From: Raillietiella orientalis
Lineage: Eukaryota
Reading direction: 5' to 3'
Length of the DNA stretch: 64,000 bases
Assembly (NCBI GenBank): GCA_036172245.1
Contig: JAYWIR010000025.1
Span: forward strand, 1,240,001-1,304,000
The notes beneath the pieces are model-generated. The model was not told the DNA's origin. It made no database searches and saw nothing but the letters and a program-made list of their open reading frames with translations. Shown here in pieces: positions 54,030-64,000 of this stretch (its first letter is position 1; each line of letters begins with the position of its first letter). A program made the position numbers and the translations under genes.

Positions 54030-55820
54030 GCCTTTCCTCTTCCGGTTATCAGCATGGAGATCTCTCGTGGGACCGAGAGTCGCGGGTTCGAGTCCCCACG
54101 TGGAGCATCGACGCCGAGAAATGGAGGTGCTTCGTGGTTTCGAGTCCCCTCTGCAGGATGACGTTGGTTGGCCTGGTGGCTCCGGGAGCAGTGGCACTGG
54201 TGGAAACCGGATGCCCCCCTTGACTGGCCGGGATCGGAAGTTGACTCCGAAGGAATCAAGGATCCCTTCAAGGTTCCCCTCCTGCTTTGAAAATGGACTC
54301 GTACCATCACGTACCATGGAGCCTGTTGATACCTCCTTTGGGGGATTCGTTGCCTCTCCAGAGTTGTAAGAAGCACGCTCTTCCTTTTGGGGAGCGCCCT
54401 TGAGGGAGAAATTTCGAAGCGTCCCTTTGGAGTTCTCTTCTCAAGGGGAGTAACAAGGAGAGGTTCCCTTGTGGGTTTCCTACAGAGGAGGAATTTCAAG
54501 AACGGTTCGTTTCCGGGTTCCCTTCTGAGGAGAAACGAGGAATGACCCACTCCGGGAGGTCACTCCGAAGAGAATAAGGAAGAGGTTCCTCTCGGAGTTC
54601 CCTGCAATGCGTAAGAAGAACGAACTCCTTTCTTTGGAGTCTTCCTGGATTCACAAGGTGGTCCCTTCAGAGTTACCCTCTAACTGGAACGCATCCCCAG
54701 GTGGCGTGGACAGTGCCGAAGAGCTTTTTGAACCTCCTCCAAGAAGGAGAATGATTCTCCAGCACTTGGCGAGCCAAAAAAAAGAAAACTCGAAAAAAAA
54801 AAAGCTGGAAGAAAGGCAGAGAAAACAGAAGAACCCAACGGGATTTTCATCATCCCAACTTCCTTCTTGCTCCAGTGCTGCCCTCCCTAAGGGACTCAAG
54901 GTACAGCGGCAAGCTGGGAAGCGACTAGCTGCGTAACTGCAAAGAAACTTCCGGGTGCCTGGACAACTCGGGAGGGTACGGGCGCTGTGACCCCGAGTGT
55001 CCTACCCCACAGACTTCTACGCTGGGGAGATATGCTCGACATCCAGAGTTAGTGAAGTGGTGGCCCTCAGCGTGCTGGAACAGCGGCATTCTCCTCCTGA
55101 AGCGGCAGGAGTTGGCATTGCTGGTGGCGCATGAGGAATCCTATGCCAAGCGCGCCATCACCATTGGTCACGGGGAAGCGTGGGCGCTCAGTGTGACAGG
55201 TGCTGGAAGAAGGAGATCCTCTTGCACCAGCTAGTTAGACCATACTAACCTCCAACCCCTTTGGGATCGCCTCGCAACACTCCTAGTTATCCCGGTGGGC
55301 AGCCCCAGGGACATTTTCAGACTCCTCTTCGCCGCACCGCTGCCACCAGCCACGTCCCTCTCGGTCCTCTGCTGTGTCTGCGGAATCGTGGCAGCCTGGA
55401 ACGCAAGAAGAAGAGGCCTAAATAGTAGAGATTCACCTACTGGGCACGTATCTTCGTGAAGACCTGCTGCTCTAGATGGCCCCACTTGGGGGCTATACGG
55501 ACGGAACTTGCCAGCATCCTGAACAGGATGTAGAGGACGCCGGGCAGCGTGCTGTAATCTCTTCGTCATTCGCCCCCAGCTCCTCCTTGTGTAAAATCTC
55601 CCCTTCCCTGTTTTGTTTGTCTATTTTTTTGTTTTCCCTCTCCCCACTCTCCCTAGGCGAACCTCACCGGTCTGAATACTGGTCTTTGTCAGGTTCATTG
55701 CGCATATTAGAACCAAGGATTCTACCAAAATAATGCATTTATATTATTTTATATAATAAATGTCTCGACAGAACCGGCTGGTAATCATCCCAACTTCAAT
55801 AAAAAAACCAAAAAAAAACT
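54030..55820 (+). mobile_element. Family X copy C (internally deleted: head, 5' body and 3' ORF end)
   Basis: 5' body aligns with 7830-8745. ctcttgcaccag is shared with copy A. Contains 'VLCCVCGIVAA' and 'SRWPHLGAIRTELASIL', then a pyrimidine tract, AATAAA at ~55798 and an A-rich end. Confidence 0.7.
54040..54108 (+). promoter_or_regulatory. tRNA-derived head (B box GGTTCGAGTCC) resembling the tRNA-Lys(CTT) 3' half
   Basis: ccggttatcagcatggagatctct...gagagtcgcgggttcgagtccccacgtggagc vs tRNA-Lys TCGGTAGAGCATGAGACTCT...GGGTCGTGGGTTCGAGCCCCACGTTGGGC. Not an intact cloverleaf. Confidence 0.5.
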
Positions 55821-55849
55821 TTTTTCAAGGACGAGAAAGCCTCATTTTG

Positions 55850-57960
55850 CTGCTGCGATTCGCAACTACCTCGGTTGGATGAGCAAAGGCACTACTGCTA
55901 GTGGATCGGTGCAGGCCACCTTAGTGGAAGGGAGGAAGTCCATTGCCGCAGGACTGGTGGCACCCTCACTCCCATTTTCTGAGTCGCCGCCTCTCCCTTA
56001 AATCTCGGCGAGCAATCGTGGGCGCACTGTTTCCATTGCCCAGAGCGCAGGCGCCTCCGTCTTTGAGGAAGCGCCCGAGACCAGAGGTTGCAAAAGCCAA
56101 AAACTGGGGCGACGGCAGGGCGCCGTTCTTCCCGGGCCTGGGTCTCCACGAAGGTACGGATGCTCGGACCTTCGACGTGATCTCTGCTGCCGCGGGCTCT
56201 CTACCCCGACCTTCGTTTCCGGAGCGTCCAGCCTCCATGAAAACCAATTCCCTCTTTCGCCTTACTCTCCTCCTGGAGCCTGGAACGAAAATTAAAATTT
56301 AGCACAATCAGGGCTGGCCGAGCGTCCTCTTTCTTCCCATCTGGGCGCTTCGCGCTGCATGCTCCTCAGGCAAAGGTGCCTTCCTGCATCGCTGGTTCCT
56401 GATAAAGCGGAAAGTTTTTTTTTTTTGCTTCTCCCGAGTAACGGGATATCCCGGAAAGCGAAATCGGATCTTTACTTGCCGGAACTCAGAGCGATACAGC
56501 CAGCGTCTAGTCCTCCGGGATGCAAACAGGATCTCTACAGATGCGTTCGACGTCATTTTTGGAGAAGCTTGGCGAACGATGGGCGGAGAGGTGGGCAGTC
56601 GGAGAAGAGTCGCCCGCTGCAGGATTTAAGAGGGAATTTTCCTATTCCTCACCCTCTTCCTCTTCCTCTCTCCCCCAGAGCTCAGGGCCAGATACGACAA
56701 TTGAATTACCCGCTATCGCGAAAGATTTTAAAAAGCCTTAGAGGGTTGCCAAGAAAGGCGGTAGCTTTGATTAGGCTTGCAGGGTTTTCCTGGGGACGGC
56801 TTCAGCCATCCTCATGTCTCAGATTCACCAGACGTGTCGCAACCCCGTGTGGAAGGGAGAGGACCGCAGACGCTCCTACGCCCTTCCCTGCCAGATGGCA
56901 GGGAACGGAGTAGATGGTTGACAGCGACGCGTCTCGCGCTCTGCCAGGGAGGAAACGAGCCGCATCAGAGAGTCCTTACCGGACTTTTCAGGAGAGAGCC
57001 AGGACTCTGGCTTGAGTATTCCGATCATTGAGAAGATCGGACTACAGATGCAGTTCCGACTTCTTTCCCCGTGTGGGAAATCGTGGCCCTCCCATTGATG
57101 GGCTCCTCCACATCACATTCTTCGGAGAAGCGCAGGACTTCTTTTGCTTCTGCCTCGCAACTACCCTGTAGGACCGGATTTGGCTGCCCCACGATGCATT
57201 TGTGCTCATTACTGGTAGCTCACCCGTAGATCTTCCGCCCCATAAACTGGAACGCCTGGCGGCAGGAGGCTCTGGAGCACTGGACCGCCACTTTGGAAGT
57301 GCGCCCAGAGGGACTGCGACCGCTGCAGAATCCGCAAATTGTTGGGAAATGTGCTGAAGGATTGTATGCAGTGGTCTCGGATAGCTTCCACACCCCTTAC
57401 CTCAGCACTGTCTGCCCTCAGGGAAAAAATGACAGCAGCTAACCGGAGGGGTAAGAGTTCTCCTGCAACATTACAGGAGTCGAAAAACTCCTGGTCGGCT
57501 GCAAGACGAGCGAGTTTGTGAACTCCACCATACCTCGTTTCCGGGCAAAAGGGCTGCTTCGGTGGAGTGAACTGCTTGGTGTGCCCCCTGAGGAACTCGT
57601 GGTTCCTTCCCTCGGCATGGAAACCTCTGTGTTTTCGCTGCGGTGAAAACAGGACGTTCTGCTGTTTCTGCACTAGGGATTTCAGTGCAATCATTGCAGA
57701 CACCTGGTTTCCGTGGACACCCCAAACTGTTTCGTTCGAGGTGCAGGGCGATGGGATCTCTCGCCGCACCTCCTTGTGGCGGAGACTCGCTTCGGCGCTC
57801 CGACAACCGCAGGACACCGCTCTGGACCTGCTGAGACGCTGCTTCACCGGAGGGGGGCTGAAGAAAGGTGCTGTGATTTCACACCCGGGTGCGCCGGGGC
57901 CTTTATACTCTTACAGGAATCGATGGAGCCGATGGCCCACCAATTCCAATTGTTACACTA
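55850..57960 (+). mobile_element. Family X copy D (5' truncated; 5' boundary uncertain)
   Basis: 'INWNAWRQEALEHW', 'CDRCR..LLGNVLKDCMQWS....LTSALSALRE....NRRGKSSP', 'GGGLKKGAVIS', 'WSRWPT'. Confidence 0.7.
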
Positions 57961-57999
57961 GAAAGAAGGGGGGGTGGAGAGTTCCATCACGTCCACGAA

Positions 58000-58560
58000 G
58001 GGGAAGGGGGATGGAACAAAAATAGAAAATGGAAACAAACTATAACAAGCAACAAAAACAAAACAAAACAAAAGTTAGTTGGGGGGAAGGAAAGGGATCA
58101 CGTTTCATGATGGGTGAGGCTTCTGTGTCCGTTGAAGGATGCCGGCGAGCTCCTCCTTCTCCCTTTGCAGGTGGGGCCATCTCAATGCTATCTGCAGGAA
58201 GCGGATGGCGTGCAGGACAGCCCCCCCTTCGCTCCGGCCTTCCTCGGCGTCTCACTTCGACGCGGCGATACCGCGGACGCAGCACAGCGCTGAGATTGCG
58301 GCTGCGGGCGTCATGGCGTCCAACACGAAGAGGGGCCTCAAAGAGTCTTTGGGATCGACCACGGGTGCAGAAGGAACGCAGAGAAACGTTACCACAAGCC
58401 CCGGAGGGCGATGCACTGCACTAAGAGGTGGGTGATGGTCTCCTTGTCCGCGCACCTGGCACAGTTCGGAGATGCGCTTCCCCTCGTCCAGTGGTGCCGG
58501 AGCGCATTGCACGGAAGACCCCAGTGCAGTATCAGCAGCGCCGATTGATGCCACTTGAGG
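58000..58560 (-). mobile_element. Family X copy E (3' end, inverted)
   Basis: Minus strand reads 'PVVDPKDSLRPLF...AISALCCVRGIAAS...IALRWPHLQREKEELAGIL', close to copy C. It is followed by gtgatcc and a pyrimidine tail like copy A. Confidence 0.75.
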
Positions 58561-58599
58561 GAAGCAGATTCCTGTCTAGAAACACGGGGGACACTCTTC

Positions 58600-59190
58600 A
58601 GACTGAATGGAGAAGAGTTCGCCCCAACGTTCCAGTCCTTTAGACCCTGTTCTTGCTATTGCTGCGTCAGCCAGCTGACGCGTAGTCCAGCCACCGATAG
58701 GTTTCCTGCTGGCCGAGATCTCGCAGGAAACCTCCCGGTAGGCAGGTGCCATGTACTTCGACAGCGGAGGACACCGCTGCGGCGAAGGGGGTGGCTGCTG
58801 GAAGGGTGCTGTGATCGCAACGATGTGCTGCATCCGCGCGATAGTGACAGCCAGCCACGTGTTGGAGTCAGGCTGGAGCCGAATAGAAGCCACCCGCATA
58901 GCAGTAGCTCTTATGAGGACAGCAGCAAGGTGACCTCATTTGCCAGAAGTCGCCAGGAAGATTGTCACGATCCAGAGCCGCTTCTAGAAGGAAAGGAACG
59001 TTTTTAATCAAAGACTCCTGTCCCCACCCTCCCGTCTTGTTTTATTTATTTATTGTCCTCTCCGTTCCCTACTTTTTGGAAGCCGGCCTGCATGCCGGTG
59101 CTTGTCCAGAATAACTTCTTTTCTTTTTGGCATTTGTCGGTTTTGAGGGGTTCTTTTTATCTCTTACTTGTATTTTTTTTTTGAAATAAA
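58600..59190 (+). mobile_element. Family X copy F (3' end)
   Basis: 'WKGAVIATMCCIRAIVTASH...IAVALMRTAAR*PHLPEV', then a pyrimidine tail and AATAAA at ~59185. Confidence 0.75.
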
Positions 59191-59499
59191 GCCCCGCCAT
59201 CACCGGGTAAAAACCGGACTTTTACGAATTCTTGAAACGTAAAGCAAATTCCTGAGGAAAAGACGCCCGCAACGACCCGAAAGAGATTTTGTCGCTCTCG
59301 GATGCCACCGCCTCTTGAGACTGCGGAATGATGGAGTGGTTTCGCAAATCACTCAGGAGTCTGAACACAGTTACAGACCCTTTCCGCACCTCCAGCTTTT
59401 CAGCGTGCTTTTGAGCGCACACAAATGCAAATCCGCTCCAAGTTGGGCCGTTCGCTCCCTGACTACAAACTGGGTCGTACTGTCGCCATCAAGCATCAC

Positions 59500-59800
59500 T
59501 CGAATTGCGAGGTTTCTCAACATGAGAGCGCTGCTTTCGTATTCCCTCAAGAGAACCTATCTTTAGGTGATCCTGTAACCGGAGGTGGACTTTTTACTCG
59601 ATGGACACTATTTGAAAAGGGGTCTGTGGAATGGACGGGAAGAGGATTTGTAAGCAGTGAAGTGGAAAAATTTAGGTACATCATGAGCAACAGGAAGTCA
59701 AAGATGTAAAGACTGCTGACGCAATCCGGAAGGGTGGAATTTTCGTCGCCCCTAGTTGCGTCCACACACAAGAAAACCTTAGCTCTCCTTTGAAGTCAAG
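59500..59800 (+). mobile_element. LTR-retrotransposon integrase core relic
   Basis: 'GRGFVSSEVEKF' followed by 'QSGRVE' resembles DxGxxFxS...F and PQSNGxVE. Confidence 0.35.
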
Positions 59801-60199
59801 GGATTCCAAACTGAATTCACCAAGGGGTCGATGATTTCATTGCCTGATGGAAACAGCTCTCGCTGATCCTTGAACTCTTTAAAGTCTCTAACAGCTCTAA
59901 AGGTCACGCACGCTTTCAAAGGATCTTGAGGCTTTCTTTGAGGCTCACATCACCACAAAGAAAGAAGCTGGATTTCATTTACAGAACCACTCTTGAGCAC
60001 TCGGGTTCTCTTGCCTACTTCCAGGCTTTCAGTAGAAGTCTGAGCTTCGTGACCAGAGAGAGATGCAAGCACTGCCACTCCTGGTCCGTCAAAATACCTG
60101 TGCAAACAGCCTTCGAAAACAGGACGGTTCCTGCTTCGTTTTCTGGAGCGCTTCCAGGATTTCTAGTTCCTCAATTAAGTAGGATATCTGGATGTACGT

Positions 60200-61160
60200 T
60201 ATCTCATTAAGGCAACTGTACACGATCACCCTTGGTAACATGAGCATGGATGCATTGTACTGAATCTCCCAAGTCATGTGTCACATTTCCCTTTGCTCCA
60301 GTGCACGGAAGTGAGATTTTGCGGAGAGGGGAGAAAGTTGAAAATGACCAGAGCGTCTTTGAATTAGAAGAGCGTTTTTGTGATGTAAGTTTTCGGGCAA
60401 GCATTCGTTCTGGAACAGCGGGCAGAGTGATCTACCGGACAGCTTCCTAATGTCACGGAAAAGAAATTCGCTGTGTTTGAATGGGAAAGTGGGTTTTCCG
60501 TACGGCCTTTCTGCCTGCATCCTCGCATTGTGCAGGGATCCTGCCTCCTTGTTCCACGTTTCCCCGAAACTGGATGAGGAATGCCTTGGAAATCAAGAGT
60601 CCAGACACCCCTGCTGTGAGAACGGAAATCCAGGAAGCGCCTGCAAGGTGACTGGTCCTTGACCTCCCTCAAGCAGAAAAATGCACCATTCGGATAATTC
60701 GTTTACGGAAGTTCTCATTTCCCCGCGGAATACACATAACAGCATCTTCATCGTAAGGCTCACGAGATCCAGGAATTTTTTTTTTTGTGTGTGTGTTCCA
60801 CGGGAAAATGCTGTCAGCGAATCGCTGGAAGATGCCCAGAGTCGAAGTTTCGATGAAATAAAGGGAATAAAAGGATCACGGAAAGAAAGACCGACGATTT
60901 GTTGAGAGAATTTCTGGCACTCAGAATCCATCGAGCTCCTTGCATCTGTACGCTTCCTTGCTTCAGGATCGGCTTGCTTTTGCATAGAAACATTGCGTTT
61001 TCGCGTGGCTCCTTTGCATGACGAAGGGCACATCCCAAAGTCCAAAAGCAGTGCTCCCATCGGCCTCACATGGCGAGCCGACTTTCCTTCTTGAAAATGT
61101 TCTGGCATTCGCAATGTGAAAACACCTTGAATTTCTAAATAAGAATGTTTTGCTGACAGC
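60200..61160 (-). mobile_element. Gypsy-like RT/RNase H relic
   Basis: 'SYLEIQGVF..RM......A....PMG..../VPF' resembles S.LD...GF.QI...TPxG...MPFG, and later 'GAKGNVTHDL' resembles G..N..ADxLS. Confidence 0.35.
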
Positions 61161-61307
61161 AAAGGGGATGATGAGGTCGCTCAGGTCATAAGTTAATTAC
61201 CAGCATGGCAGAAATACACGTTTTAAAGTTGAGATTTAATTACGCCTTGGCTGTGAGCGATAATTTTTACACGTAATTTGTTATTAGCTCGTGTAATGAA
61301 AGGTATG

Positions 61308-61338
<31 letters not shown>

Positions 61339-61649
61339 ATGGGTACATAGTATTTAAATTCGAATATTTATAATGCATTATAAAAAAGAATTGGTGCTGA
61401 TTGCTAGAAAATTTTGCTGATTACGTGGCAGCTGGTGCAACTGAACTCACGAATTCAGTTAGCATGGACATCTCTCCATTTCACGGAAACTGTAGCTTTA
61501 CTACATAGGTGTTGTAAAATTTCAAGCTTCTGCTTGTAAAGCAGAAGTAGGTGCTCTCGTATAGATGATGGGTCATAAAGAGATGGGGAAAGGGACTTTG
61601 ATGATTTGGCGGCAGTGAGAAGTATTGGGGGGGGGGAAGGGAGGGGCCT

Positions 61650-62050
61650 TTGCTTAGTAGCTGAGGATCCACGACGGACGGACTCACCTTTCTAGTGCCT
61701 GCATATCGGTGCTTTGATTATTCAGAAGTGGTCCATTTTCCTAATGAAGAGTCACCGTAAAAGTCCTGATCAAGATGAAGCATGGAGAGGAATGGGAGCG
61801 AACTACAGCATGTTAAATTCGGACGTAGGAATGTGATTTTATGTTGAAATACGGTTTGATTGTAGATTTGTTTGAGAAGGGCATAATGAAGGCGCTGCCT
61901 GCAAATCGACCGTTGCTCTGGTGGTTGCTCTGGTGCGACGTTAGGTAAATCGTAATGGAGTCGATGTACCGAAAGTTGCACCTAGGCGAAAGGGGGGGTG
62001 GGATTCGCTCAGACAAAGATTTCTTTTGATATTGATAATCATGAATTATA
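61650..62050 (-). mobile_element. Penelope-like reverse transcriptase relic
   Basis: 'CNFRYIDS' (cf. FRYIDD) followed at plausible spacing by 'SLPFLSML...KWTT' (cf. LPFLD...RKxT). Confidence 0.5.
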
Positions 62051-64000
62051 TTTTTATCGCATCGCATTATGTAGTTATGGGTAGTAAATTAGTGGAGTAG
62101 TGATAGGGAATAGTATTGAAAAAGATGGGTAAGAATGTGCTAAGTGTAGCTATCTTTTCTGTCAGAGTGGAATTCATTGAGAATTCTTATTTATTGCCCG
62201 AATCTTAAAGAGTTAATCGGTAGGTGCTGAGTGTAGCAAAATGAAGTTGAGTTTTATTTAGTGATGACATGCCAGCAAATTAGCACGAGCTTGTTTTTCT
62301 TTCTTGCAAGCCATCGTGGAAAGAGCTATTGGCTTAGAAGTGACCATTCCTAAAAAAACACACACACAAAGACAAAAAAAAAAAGGAAATTGCTTGAAAA
62401 TCCTTTCGGTTTGGGAATAACCCTGGGCATTGACATCATGTCCGCTGTGGCAAAGAAGCACAGAGCACGGAGAGCTCTAGGGAGAGTAGTTAAACGAAAG
62501 CCAAACCTTCCACGAAATGGCCACGAGTAATCCACATTTGCCTCGCGCAATTTTTGAAAGATCGCAAAGAGCACGTTCGAGAGGAACATTAGGCTGGCTT
62601 CTGGATGGGGGAAGAGAGGGGGGGGGGGACCTTCTTTCAGCTGGGCTAAAGATACGAAAGGGGAAAATCGTTTCAGCAGAACATGGTTTAGATTTTCTGC
62701 TCTTGAAAATTTTTTTCATCAAGCACGGAAAACGGACCGCGTGATGAAATTTCGGAAGTCGTTCCAAGACATGAAGATACTCAACCGGAGCATCAACGGC
62801 AAAGCGTTGCATAATTTAACATTTGGAATTCAGGAGCCGGACGCAGTCCAAGGACACTCCGTGTTGGCCTAGCGAGCAACTTTTACCGATCCCGGAGATC
62901 TTTAGTCTCAGAATCCCGGTACCGATCATTCACAGTTGCGAAATGACGTAATGCAAACGAAAAAGTGTGGGAGCGGTGGGGGACAACTTGTTTCGTTCTC
63001 ATCCAAAGAGTGAAAACTGTGTTCACAGAGCGCGGGGGGAAAAAATGAGGTACAATATCGCAAAAAAAAAAAAAAAAAAATTTCCAGCCCGTTTCAGTCA
63101 TCCCTGCGGATATCTGCACTGATTGTACGACTTTATGGGCTTTCTCTCCATACAATTAAAAGCCTTGAGTTCATCTAAATTGAGTGAGTCTGCTGAGTCG
63201 ACTAGGGTGGCTTCAGATGCACCCAAAGAAGAAAGCAGTTTCAGTAGCTTCAAAAGATAGAGCAAGTTCTCAAAGTAGGAAACTTTCGAACATTTTTTTT
63301 TTTTTTTGTATTGGGGAGACAAAACACGTGGGTTTCGAAAAAAGAGTTCTTTTTGTATGTTCCCCCTTATGCGTGAATTCATTTATTTATTTATTTTTTT
63401 CCCGCATGAGCTGCTGTCTGTTTAATCACACTATATATATCGTAAAAAGATGGATTCATTTGTAACGGGATTCACCTTATTCTCATAAGGTCATTTACAT
63501 AAATAATGATTCACAGATACTGTCTCCATATGTGTGTGCATGCATGTGCATACATGGACGAAACGCTTCCATAAACAGTGCAGCGAATTCACATCCGTTT
63601 ACATATGTAACTACGACTGCGTACAAAGGAAAACGCGACTCTTACGAGATGGAGGAAAGATTGTTTATGCATCCTCCATTTTCGTTTTTGGGAACGCGCA
63701 GTGCCCATTTCCCTCCTGACTGTAAGGGATTCAGGAAAATTGTACATAGGCTACTGAAAGTACGTTCTTGTAGCTAGAGGACATGTTTTTGATCCGTCTC
63801 ATACTCGTCTTTCGAAGCAATTCTTGCCCTACGAAATCTTCAGCGGATGCTTCTTGCTTGCTAATTAATAATTATTGTTTACTGAGAAGGCACGCATAGC
63901 CCTAATTTTCTAATTTTCCTGATCGCCTAACGCGGAAGCGATTTCGAGTTTCTTCCAGAGCTGCGATGTTCTTCGTTAGCCACAGGCTCTGCCATCCTGC

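Noticed and set aside
57209..57847. 212-aa minus-strand ORF as a gene
   Set aside because: The homology with other copies lies on the plus strand (family X).
58250..58560. Plus-strand 'RETLPQ' read as an R2 CCHC zinc knuckle
   Set aside because: The minus strand gives a much better match to the family X C-terminus (CCVRGIAA...RWPHL) and tail.
57850..58950. Family X 'GAVI...RW' as a tyrosine-recombinase box II
   Set aside because: There is no HxxR or catalytic Tyr, and the spacing to RW in the complete copies is about twice that of tyrosine recombinases.

Overview
Eukaryotic, most likely invertebrate, DNA made almost entirely of decayed transposon sequence. The U2 fragment reads GATCAAAGTGT, the form I know from arthropods. 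I recognise no intact host protein-coding gene, rRNA, intact tRNA or CRISPR array, and most ORFs in the track are noise or antisense shadows. Supported content: (i) relics of restriction-like-endonuclease (RLE) non-LTR retrotransposons, NeSL/Utopia-like at ~37.8 and ~16.2 kb and R2-like at ~4.6 and ~32.5 kb, one flanked by an unusually long ~70-80 bp direct repeat; (ii) Gypsy-, Penelope-, LINE- and pogo-like fossils; (iii) a 35-nt 5' fragment of U2 snRNA; (iv) two near-identical inverted ~590-bp elements with internal 86-bp tandem repeats; (v) at least six copies, plus four tentative ones, of an element I cannot assign to any known class ('family X'). Family X has a tRNA-like 5' head, a decayed Cys-containing ORF with recurring motifs (NWNxWR, GxVLQD, LSALR...RRGK, GAVIAxxC..IVAA, RWPHL) and a pyrimidine-rich 3' tail, in some copies with AATAAA. 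All alignments were done by eye and relic boundaries are approximate.
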